From: Macrostomum lignano
Lineage: Eukaryota
NCBI GenBank assembly: GCA_002269645.1
Contig: NIVC01001181.1
Location: forward strand, 1 to 64,000
Length of the DNA stretch: 64,000 nt
Reading direction: 5' to 3'
The notes under the pieces are model-generated. The model was not told the DNA's origin, made no database searches, and was given only the letters and a program-made list of their open reading frames with translations. Positions 53,798 to 64,000 of the stretch are shown here, piece after piece; position 1 is the stretch's first letter; each line of letters starts with the position of its first letter. Both the position numbers and the translations under genes were made by a program.

Positions 53798-54350
53798 AAT
53801 ATAAATTAGGCCCTTCTTCATCCGATATATATCAATGGTAAATATAAAATAGATTATTCTACATTTGATATGTATCGATATTAAATATAAAATAGGTTAT
53901 TCTACATCCGATATGTATCGATAGTAAATATAAAATAGGTTATTCTAAATCCGATATGTATCGATAGTAAATATAAAATAGATTTTTCTAGATCCGATAT
54001 GTATCGATAGTAAATATAAAATAGGTTATTCTACATCCGATATGTATCGATAGTAAATATAAAATAGATTTTTCTAGATCCGATATGTATCGATAGTAAT
54101 TATAAAATAGATTATTCTTCATCCGATATGTATCGATAGTAATTATAAATTAGATTGTTCTACATCCGATATGTATCGATATTAAATATAAAATAGATTA
54201 TTCTACATCCGATATGTATCGATAGTAGATATAAAATAGGTTATTCTACATCCGATATGTATCGATAGTAAATATAAAATAGATTGTTCTTCATCCGATA
54301 TGTATCGATAGAAATATAAATTAGGCCCTTCTTAATCCGATATGTATAGA
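53798..54350. repeat. 43-bp AT-rich minisatellite carrying TATCGATA
   Basis: Unit catccgatatgtatcgatagtaaatataaaataggttattcta, ~12 copies. Confidence 0.95.
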
Positions 54351-54724
54351 AAATATACGTAAATTGATTCCTTCTTGCCAATGAGTTTCTTCCTTAGCCC
54401 CCGAAGAAATCAGTTAGACACTGGCGTGACGGAACGAAAGCGAACTGGTAATTTTACAGAAGCAGCAACAGGGTGCAACACCCTGCCAGAGAACTACAGT
54501 AGAAAAATTGCAAACCCGTATAACCTTTGATTATCGGGCCGAGACCACACGGGTCGGCAGCAGAACAGCGCTTTACGGATTGTTCTTTTCAAGGAGATCC
54601 AGCACTAGAATCTGGATCAGCAACTCCCGGTTAGTTTCAGCTTTACTTATACAAGAAAAGGCCGTGTCCTACGGATATTGTACACTGCTAACCAGCCTCC
54701 TATTGTAGAAGCATCACTACTTAC

Positions 54725-55129
54725 GAAGGATTTTCTCTACTCCCAGATTTTTGTCTCGCAATCTCCTTGAAAGTTTAACGGCCGACACAATGGCGCCCCA
54801 GTTACAGACACCTTGACCCAATTGGCACTTTGGCCCAGACTTTTGGGAAGCGATGGAGAAGGAGATTTTAGCGGAAGGTTGGGTAAGTCCTTGATGTCGA
54901 TATAATTATAATGCTTACCTCCCGGGAGTCAGCCTCTCTGTGTCCAGGGGCGTTCAGGGTTTGTTCCGCAAACTGGGTGGAAGGAAGAAGTGCAGCAGCC
55001 AACAGGTCTGTATGGGCTATCATAAGGAGGTTATCAGGAGTAAGGATCAGTGTATAAGTACAAGAAGTCGCTGTGTTGCTGCCTTTCCACTGACTATAAT
55101 TCCGCTCCCGAGTGTAACAGACTGGAGCG
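54725..55129 (-). CDS. Two candidate coding exons of an unidentified gene
   Basis: 55129-54919 (TTCAG acceptor, 70 open codons APVCYTRERN...DSRE, GAG|GTAAGC donor) and 54839-54725 (SGPKCQLGQGVCNWGAIVSAVKLSRRLRDKNLGVEKIL, C|GTAAGT donor). Phases are compatible. No family recognised. Confidence 0.3.
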
Positions 55130-55162
55130 CTGAATTTTTCAGTTGAAGAAAGTCACAGTTAA

Positions 55163-56290
55163 AAGGACAGGTTGGAGGACAGGTTGGAGGACAGGTTGGA
55201 GGACAGGTTGGAGGACAGGTTGGAGGACAGGTTGGAGGACAGGTTGGAGGACAGGTTGGAGGACAGGTTGGAGGACAGGTTGGAGGACAGGTTGGAGGGT
55301 GGAGGAGAAACTGGCTGTACCAGAGGGACAGGGGTGGAGAGACAGGCAATAGAGGACAGGCAGCGGATGGAGAGACAGGCAATAGAGGACAGGCAGCGGA
55401 TGGAGAGACAGGCAATAGAGGACAGGCAGCGGATGGAGAGACAGGCAATAGAGGACAGGCAGCGGATGGAGAGACAGGCAATAGAGGACAGGCAGCGGAT
55501 GGAGAGACAGGCAATAGAGGACAGGCAGCGGATGGAGAGACAGGCAATAGAGGACAGGCAGCGGATGGAGAGACAGGCGATAGAGGACAGGGAGCGGGAG
55601 AAGAGACAGGCAATAGAGGACAGGCAGCGGATGGAGAGACAGGCGATAGAGGACAGGCAGCGGATGGAGAGACAGGCGATAGAGGACAGGGAGCGGGAGA
55701 AGAGACAGGCAATAGAGGACAGGCCGCGGATGGAGAGACAGGCAAAGAGGACAAGCAGCGGGAGAAGAGACAGGCAAAGAGGACAAGCAGCGGGAGGAGA
55801 GACAGGCAAAGAGGACAAGCAGCGGGAGGAGAGACAGGCAAAGAGGACAAGCAGCGGGAGGAGAGACAGGCAAAGAGGACAAGCAGCGGGATAAGAGACA
55901 GGCAAAGAGGACAAGCAGCGGGAGGAGAGACAGGCAAAGAGGACAAGCAGCGGGAGGAGAGACAGGCAAAGAGGACAAGCAGCGGGATAAGAGACAGGCA
56001 AAGAGGACAAGCAGCGGGAGGAGAGACAGGCAAAGAGGACAAGCAGCGGGATAAGAGACAGGCAAAGAGGACAAGCAGCGGGAGAAGAGACAGGCAAAGA
56101 GGACAAGCAGCGGGAGGAGAGACAGGCAATAGAGGACAGGCAGCGGATGGAGAGACAGGCAAAGAGGACAAGCAACGGGAGAAGAGACAGGCAAAGAGGA
56201 CAGGCAGCGGGAGAAGAGACAGGCAAAGAGGACAAGCAGCGGGAGAAGAGACAAGCAAAGAGGACAGGCAGCGGGAGAAGAGACAGGCGA
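55163..56290. repeat. Compound purine-rich minisatellite (12-bp, then 33-bp, then 32-bp units)
   Basis: ggacaggttgga, then gagagacaggcaatagaggacaggcagcggatg, then gagacaggcaaagaggacaagcagcgggagga. Confidence 0.93.
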
Positions 56291-56759
56291 TAAAGTTCGT
56301 CAGAGCGGCTAATTCAATAAGAAGCGCATCGATTTCAGTCTCTAAGAAACCAATGCAAAAGTTCGAAAAAAAGTTTGTGCTGTTAATTTGCTTACTCAAA
56401 CTAACGAAAATAAATAACTTAGAATAATATTCAAATGAGAGACCCAGTTACTTGTGGTGTAGGTCTCTATCTCTCTTATGCCTAATGAGACAGAGCCGAG
56501 ACAATCCTGTGTCAGGAAGTGTGTGCTCGCATTTTAATTAGATTAATATAGTGTGCACTAAATTGTGTGGCCGTGGTTACGCTCATAGATTGTATATTAC
56601 ATGACCACCGTGCCAGTGTGGTATGCGATGGCTTACTAAATAGACAAAGCAGTGTGGGAGGTCAAATATTTGTAACGATTATCTTCAGCTCATTTCTAGT
56701 CCTTCTTTGTGTGTGATCAGCTGTAAATAGCATAAATCACTGTTGAGATGTTGAGTTGA

Positions 56760-57660
56760 GATGTTAGGATACGAGAGGGTGTGAAAAGATATGAGCTGAG
56801 ACGAGATGAGATAATATGAAATTAACTGAGAAATATTGCAAAAAGGGGTTAAGATGAGAAGAAAATTGAGAAGAGGAGATGAGATGCGATGAGATGAGAG
56901 AAGATGAGTGGAGAGAAGATGAGAGGAAAGGAGAGACGAGATGAGAGGAAAGGAGAGACGAGATGAGAGGAGAGAAGATGAGAGGAAAGGAGAGACGAGA
57001 TGAGAGGAGAGAAGATGAGAGGAAAAGAGAGACGAGATGAGATGAGAGGAGATGAGAGGAGAGAAGATGAGCGGAGAGAAGATGAGAGGAAAGGAGAGAT
57101 GAGATGGGAGGAGAGGAGATGAGAGGAGAGAAGATGAGCGGAGAGAAGATGAGAGGAAAGGAGAGATGAGATGGGAGGAGAGGAGATGAGAGGAGAGAAG
57201 ATGAGCGGAGAGAAGATGAGAGGAAAGGAGAGATGAGATGGGAGGAGAGGAGATGAGAGGAGAGAAGATGAGCGGAGAGAAGATGAGAGGAAAGGAGAGA
57301 TGAGATGGGAGGAGAGGAGATGAGAGGAGAGAAGATGAGCGGAGAGAAGATGAGAGGAAAGGAGAGATGAGATGAGATGAGTGGAGATGAGAGGAGAGAA
57401 GATGAGCGGAGAGAAGATGAGAGGAAAAGAGAGACGAGATGAGATGAGTGGAGATGAGAGGAGAGAAGATGAGCGGAGAGAAGATGAGAGGAAAGGAGAG
57501 ATGAGATGGGAGGAGAGAAGATGAGAGGAGAGAAGATGAGCGGAGAGAAGATGAGAGGAAAAGAGAGACGAGATGAGATGAGTGGAGATGAGAGGAGAGA
57601 AGATGAGCGGAGAGAAGATGAGAGGAAAAGAGAGACGAGATGAGATGAGAGGAGAGGATA
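56760..57660. repeat. Polypurine GAGAT/GAGAA repeat
   Basis: gagaagatgagcggagagaagatgagaggaaag-type units. Confidence 0.92.
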
Positions 57661-58129
57661 GAAAAACCAAGAGAGCTGAGGCATGCTGGAGTACTCTTGC
57701 CCGAAACGGAGAGATCGCGGATATGATAGTACAAGCTGCAAGAGAAAAAATTCTCAAGCCTCTACCAGATGCAACAATTCAGTTGAGACGTCGGCAAAAA
57801 ATTAACTACTGAAATTGGATTAGTGAATTCGCCTTGTTCCCCATAGTTACAGTGCGGAATTCTTTCGTATCGCACTGCAAAATTATCAATAATTTAATAC
57901 AGTTTCAAGGGGCCTCGATTACTATAATTAAATAAAATCCGCAGACACGAGAACCCGATAGATTTTCCATATCATTACACGTACACAGGAAAAAAATGTA
58001 ATTTAAATTAATCATTTATCCTCGGGATTATTGCGGCAAATTCGAATTAGGGCGAAATTTGATTTCGATGAAACATCTTTTTAATAATGCACTGCAATTT
58101 GATGTGTCTGGGAGACAAGGGGCACCATG

Positions 58130-58835
58130 AACTATGTCAGGAGTAGCTAATATCCATGTCAGGAGACGCTAACATCTATGTCAGGAGTAACTAATATCTA
58201 TGTCAGGAGTAGCTAATATCTATGTCAGGAGACGCTAATATCCATGTCATGACTCGCTAACATCTATGTCAAGAGTCGCTAATATCTGTGTCAGGAGAAG
58301 CTAATATCCATATCAGGAGTAGCTAATATCTATGTCAGGAGTCGCTAATATCTATGTCAGGAGTCGCTAATATCCATATCAGGAGTAGCTAACATCTATG
58401 TCAGGAGTAACTAATATCTATGTCAGGAGTAGCTAATATCTGTCAGGAGACGCTAATATCCATGTCATGACTCGCTAACATCTATGTCAAGAGTCGCTAA
58501 TATCTGTGTCAGGAGAAGCTAATATCTATGTCAGGAGTCGCTAATATCTATGTCAGGAGTCGCTAATATCCATATCAGGAGTAGCTAATATCTATGTCAG
58601 GAGTCGCTAATATCTATGTCGGAGACGCTAATATCTATGTCAGCAGTCACTAGCATCTATGTCAGGAGAAGCTAATATCTATGTCAGGAGAAGCTAATAT
58701 CTATGTCAGGAGTCGCTAATATCTATGTCAGGAGTAGCTAATATCTATGTCAGGAGTCGCTAATATCTATGTCAGGAGTAGCTAATATCTATGTCAGCAG
58801 TCACTAACATCTAAGTCAGGAGTCGCTAATATCGC
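58130..58835. repeat. 22-bp minisatellite
   Basis: Unit gctaatatctatgtcaggagtc. Confidence 0.95.
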
Positions 58836-59359
58836 ATGTTACACAGCGCTTGAAAAGTTAAAGTAATTTTGGACGACCAAATAAAGCAGTACTCGTGCTA
58901 CCTGCACATTGGATAGCTAAATAACGTGTTTGACTCTGTACAAGAGTGTTACAACTTCATTTTAGTTAGCAGATCGACTGCGATCGAACGCATAGACCGG
59001 ATCCGTCACTAGAAGCGCTTCCGGTACACTTTGCAGAACTTCGCTGATTGCCAACAGCCAAGAAGACTATTTTGACAGGCTCGGCTTCTTTAGAAGCTGG
59101 AATTTTTAACAGGTGTTGTTAATTCCATTAGCTAACCGAATGAATGGCCGGGTCTAAAAGAGTTATTTAGTCAAGAAAATTAAAATTTGGATTGCAAAAT
59201 CGGAACTCTGCGAAATTCTAAACAAACTACTAAGTAGTACCCTTTGAATATTACCTACAAATAATAATATCTAATTGATAATCGAAGTCCAAGAATCCTG
59301 TTGGTGTTATCGCGTTTTCTTGTTCTCCTGTTTCACTTCACCCACTTCACCTTTTTAAT

Positions 59360-59969
59360 GCGCCTACCTCCCTTCTCTCTCGTGTCACTCTCCTCTCTCG
59401 TGTCACTCTTCTCTCCCTTGTCACTCTCCTCTCTCCTGTCACTCTTCTCTCCCTTGTCACTCTCCTCTCTCCTGTCACTCTCCTCTGCCTTATCCCTCTC
59501 CTCTCTCCTGTCACTCTTATCTCCCTTGTCACTCTCCTCTCTCCTGTCACTCTTCTCTCCTTTGTCACTCTCCTCTCTCCTGTCACTCTCCTCTCTCCTG
59601 TCACTCTTCTCTCCCTTGTCACTCTCCTCTCTCCTGTCACTCTCCTCTCTCCTGTCACTCTTCTCTCCCTTGTCACTCTCCTCTCTCCTGTCACTCTTCT
59701 CTCCCTTGTCACTCTCCTCTCTCCTGTCACTCTTCTCTCCCTTGTCACTCTCCTCTCTCCTGTCACTCTCCTCTGCCTTGTCCCTCTCCTCTCTCCTGTC
59801 ACTCTTATCTCCCTTGTCACTCTCCTCTCTCCTGTCACTCTTCTCTCCCTTGTCACTCTCCTCTCTCCCTTGTCACTCTCCTCTCTCCTGTCACTCTCCT
59901 CTCTCCTGTCACTCTTCTCTCCCCTGTCACTCTTCTCTCGTCTGTTTCTCTTTTTACATTTTAACCAAA
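59360..59969. repeat. Pyrimidine-rich minisatellite flanked by a 13-bp direct repeat
   Basis: ctctcctgtcactct / ctcccttgtcactct modules. TCACCTTTTTAAT at 59347-59359 and 59970-59982. Confidence 0.9.
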
Positions 59970-60675
59970 TCACCTTTTTAATTCTTCTTTTCGTCTTGAC
60001 TTTCCTTTTGTTGCCACTGTCTTGACAAGCCTCCTCCGGAAGCCGATGGTAGATCCGACTGTTGTCGTCGCCTTTAAATCGCGATCGATCAGATGAGCAA
60101 CAGGTGCTGAGCAAATCCAACTGATCTCTCATCTGTTGTGCTGTTTCTTAAGCAAGGAATCGTTTAAAGAACTCAAAAAAAGTTTTCATATGACAAATTT
60201 CTAACAGCTGACTCGTTTATCAACTCCTTCACTTATCAGTTTATAAGCCGCTAATTGCACACTTGCCCAAATTGTACGCGTTTGTAAATTGGCAAAGCCC
60301 TGTCAACTTGAGTACAAATCTGAATGTTCATTATTGACATGGCGTCTTTCTCTGCAGGTCGCTTTTTCAGCAGATTGAAGCTCTAACTTTGACTGTGCGC
60401 CTCAAGTTATTATTGGCCCAGTTCTGAGGGGCAGTCAGGTAGTCTGCCAGATCCGGCTGGGGTTTTCAGCATGAAGCATGATGGCTGCAGTCAGAGTAGA
60501 GAACTAGAACTATAGAGTTCGTTCTGCCTCATTGTCCACACTTACATTATAAAGTGAGACGGCTAGCGCGATATGCTCAGGGAATTAAGTAAGCACCCCC
60601 AGCACCTGCTGACGCAAACCACAGACTTGAAAGTGGGTCAATTAAGATAGAATAAGAGATCCTATGAGATAAGGC

Positions 60676-61252
60676 GGCTACTATCTGGTCATAGTGGCTA
60701 CTATCTGGTCATAGTGGCTACTATCTGGTCATAGTGGCTACTATCTGGTCATAGTGGCTACTATCTGGTCATAGTGGCTACTATCTGATCATAGTGGCTA
60801 CTATCTGGTTATAGTGGCTACTATCTGGTCATAGTGGCTACTAGCTGGTCATAGTGGCTACTATCTGATCATAGTGGCTACTATCTGATCACAGTGGCTA
60901 CTATCTGATCATATTGGCTACTATCTGATCATAGTGGCTACTATGTGGTCATAGTGGCTGCTATGTGATCATAGTGGCTACTATCTGGTCATAGTGGCTA
61001 CTATCTAGTCATAGTGGCTACTATCTGGTCATAGTGGCTACTATCTGGTCATAGTGGCTACTATCTGGTCATAGTGGCTACTATCTGGTCATAGTGGCTA
61101 CTATCTGGTCATAGTGGCTACTAGCTGGTCATAGTGGCTACTATCTGATCATAGTGGCTACTATCTGATCACAGTGGCTACTATCTGATCATAGTGGCTA
61201 CTATGTGGTCATAGTGGCTACTATGTGGTCATAGTGGCTACTATGTGGTCAT
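60676..61252. repeat. 20-bp minisatellite abutting the Gypsy LTR
   Basis: Unit atagtggctactatctggtc, ~29 copies. Confidence 0.96.
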
Positions 61253-61531
61253 TGTGGTAAATCAGCTATGCTGCTTGTTTAAAGTGGTTGAAGACTACGA
61301 GAGAGCTATCAAAGCTCTGATGTCTGTATTTATATTGTTAAGCGATGCTACGTGCGCGAGAGTGATGACATAATTTAAGCGTACACAATTTGCCCATAAC
61401 TCAAATAGCAATAACTCAAACCTAACGTGCCAAGCTTGCGTAGATAATAATAGAGAAAGAAATAATAGGAAAGTACAAATACAAATCAATACTCGTACTG
61501 AGTGCATGCACATACTGGTAGCTACACGACA
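61253..61531 (-). repeat. 3' LTR (~279 bp) of the Ty3/Gypsy element
   Basis: Minus strand starts TGTCGTG immediately after the polypurine tract GGGGAGGAAG (61541-61532) and ends TTACCACA. Internal TATAAATA at 61335-61328. Confidence 0.75.
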
Positions 61532-61612
61532 CTTCCTCCCCACAGGGAGTCAAAACTCGAAAAAAAGCATGGTGATTCAAGATTTGTTTCTGAGTCAAGT
61601 CTGTCACAAGGT

Positions 61613-64000
61613 TCAATCACTGCCCGCCTGAAACCTGGCAGGCGCGAGCCGTATGCGTTCTGGATATCGGCGCATTGCTCCGGCCTGCTGTCCGGCGACT
61701 TCCGTGATCGGAGCAGGAGCAGGTCCAGCGAGAGCAGCTGTCGGGGCCGCTGCCGAAGTCTCCGAAGTTGAGCTGTCCGGGCCCACCTCAGACGGCGGTG
61801 TCGTTTCGGAGATTGATGGTGGTACTCGGTCGGGTGCCGCGACAGCCGGTACTGCTGGAGGCTGCTGACGCTGCTCTGGCAGGAGTTGGTCGATGTGGCG
61901 CTGGACGATGCCCTCGCCGACCTTGACATCATAGTTGCGCTTGCCCGCCGCCATGACGAGGCCGGGCCGCCAGCCGGCATCCTTGCCGAAGGTCTTCACT
62001 CGCACGGTGTCACCAACTTCGAAGGACCGGGCTTGGCGGGGCGTCGAGTCGGTGCTCGCACTCTGACGGTGTCGCATCTGTTCAGCCAGGGACGGTCGCA
62101 GGAGGTCCAGCCGGGATCGCAGGCGACGTCCGAATAGCAGTTCGCTTGGTGAGGCACCGGTGCTCGAATGCGGCGTGATCCGGTAGGCAAACAGGAAGCG
62201 CTGCATGGCTTCCGCAGAGTGACCCGACTTCCTGATGTGAGATTTCAGCGTCTGCACGAATCTTTCGGCCTGTCCGTTGGTGGCCGGGTGGTAGGGCGCT
62301 GAAGTCACGTGCCGGATCCCGTTGCTACGCATGAAGTCAGCGAACTCACGAGAGGCGAACTGGGGGCCGTTGTCGGAGACGAGAATCCTTGGCAGGCCCA
62401 AGTTGCAGAATACGTCACGGAGATGCCCGATGGTCCCGCCAGCAGACGTGTCGCTGATGAGGCGAACTTCGGGCCATTTGCTGTAGGCGTCGACAATGAC
62501 TATGTACATTCGACCGTTAACTGGGCCGGCGAAGTCGACATGTAGGCGGCTCCATGGTTCGTTGGGGAACAGCCAGGGATGCACTGGAGCCTTTGCTGGG
62601 TCTGCCTGATGAGCTCTGCAGGTGTCGCACTCTCTCCCGAGCTGCTCTAGTTCCTTGTCTAGCCCAGACCACCAGACGAAGCTCCGTGCGAGGGCCTTCA
62701 TTCGGCTCGCACCGGGATGTGCCAGATGCAGCTCCCGCAGCACCGACTGGCGCAGGGTGTCCGGGATAACGACGCGAGATCCCATCAGCACACAACCGGC
62801 TTCGACTGAAAGCTCTGCTTGACGATGGGCGAAGTCCGGGAAGTCGTTAGCTGGCAGCTCCCGACCGCAGGGCCCACAGCAGCTTTGACAGTGCCGTGTC
62901 GGCTTGAGTTGCCTTGGCAATGGCAGCAGCAGTCACTGCGACGCTCGAATCGTCCTCTAGAGTGAGCGAGTGCACCGCGGCTTCTTCGACGAAGTTGCCC
63001 TTGAGCGCCAGGCGGGAGAGGGAATCGCAGTTTTCGTGCTTCTCGGTCGGCCGGAACTCCATGGAGTACTGGTAGCCCGATAGTCAGATGGCCCACCTCT
63101 GCATTCTGGCAGCAGCGCGCGTCGGGATTTCCTTGTCCGGGCCCAGCAGTCCGAGGAGCGGCCGATGATCCGTCACGATGGTGAAGTGGCAACCGTAAAG
63201 AAATTGGTGAAAGCGCTGCACGCCGTAGATGATTGCCAGCGCCTCCTTGTCCAGCTGGGAGTAATTGCGCTGGGCTGAGGTCAGAGACTTGCTGGCGAAA
63301 GCGATCGCTTGGTCTTGGCCGTTCACGCGGTGGCTGAGCACGACGCCAATGCCGTATGCTGACGCGTCGCACTCCAGCCGAAGAGGCAAGTCCGGGTTGA
63401 AGTGCATCAGGGCACCAGAGTCCAGCAACAGCTGCTTTGAAGCACGGAAGGCCTGGTCCTCGGGATCGCCCCATTTCCAAGTTGCGCCCTTGGTAAGCAG
63501 GTGGTTGAGAGGTGCTACAACCGACGCCAAGTTGGGCAGGAACTTTGCATAGTGAGTCAGCATGCCCAGGTAGGAGCGCACGTGACTCACATCGGTCGGC
63601 GCCGGCGCACGCTGCACGGCCTCGATCTTGTCAGCGAGTGGCCGCAAACCGTGACGGTCGATCCGGTGACCCAGGTAGTCGTTCGAATCTCTGAAGAAGG
63701 CGCACTTGGTCACGTTGATGTGCAGACCGGCCTCTTGCAGCTTGTGCAGCACTTGCATCAGGTTGGCCTTATGCGCAGCCAATGTAGAGTCCGTCACCAA
63801 GATGTTATCCTGGTAGACTTGAACACCGTCGAGGTGCCCCACCAGGGTGTCGAGCACGCGCTGGAAGATGGCGCTGGCCGAGCAGATGCCGAAGGGCAAG
63901 CGGTTGACTTGAAACAGTCCTCGCTGGGTGTTGACGACGAGGAGCTGCTTGCTATCCTCGGAGATCGGCAGCTGCATAAACGCCTTGGCCAGGTCGAGCT
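61613..64000 (-). pseudogene. Gypsy pol (RT-RNase H-integrase), disrupted
   Basis: RT: GLFQVNRLPFGICSASAIFQR, YQDN (should be YxDD), YLGH. RNase H: CDASAYGIG, YSQLDKEALAI, TDHRPL. Premature TGA at 63086-63084 and a frameshift near 62855. Integrase: HLAH..C..C, VDFAGP, SDNGPQF, NGQAERFV. Confidence 0.9.

Larger units (their letters stand above)
61253..64000 (-). mobile_element. Ty3/Gypsy LTR retrotransposon (3' half; continues beyond the window), degenerate
   Basis: RT, then RNase H, then integrase order, followed by PPT and LTR. Confidence 0.93.

Noticed and set aside
54790-54882. Plus-strand MAPQLQTP*PNWHFGPDFW with an in-frame TGA as a selenoprotein
   Set aside because: No selenoprotein motif or SECIS seen. 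The minus strand gives a better spliced reading here.
57846-57877. Hairpin CAGTGCG/CGCACTG as a Helitron 3' end (also the hairpin at 47367-47399)
   Set aside because: No CTRR terminus follows and no TC 5' end or Rep/helicase remnants are present.

Overview
Eukaryotic (animal) genomic DNA, not prokaryotic: spliced genes with GT-AG introns, and introns and intergenic space filled with micro- and minisatellites. The style suggests a repeat-rich invertebrate such as a free-living flatworm (Macrostomum-like), but that is only my inference. Left to right: (1) the first 20 codons of a signal-peptide gene running off the left edge (-), with a promoter-like cluster of CCAAT-N9-CCACG (ERSE) and TGACGTGG (UPRE) motifs; (2) an intronless USF-like bHLH-ZIP gene (-) broken by several single-base indels; (3) a CpG-free AT-rich zone containing a decayed tRNA-derived SINE, followed by a small TIR element; (4) a full-length 5.9-kb LOA-type LINE (APE-RT-RNaseH-CCHC) with a 12-bp target-site duplication; (5) an intact 7-exon SLC6 amino-acid transporter gene (+); (6) an ~11-exon N-BAR (amphiphysin/BIN-like) gene (+) with two exons bracketed by inverted copies of a G-rich 40-bp minisatellite; (7) a 4-exon FGF-like gene (+) that I reconstruct across a 12.6-kb satellite-filled intron, encoding ~607 aa with a very long basic tail; (8) possible orphan exons (-) at 54.7-60.1 kb; (9) the 3' half of a decayed Ty3/Gypsy element with PPT and LTR. 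Most long ORFs in the supplied track are artefacts of tandem repeats or antisense frames. Gene models and family calls were made by eye from motifs and splice phases, with no database search. Repeat boundaries are approximate.
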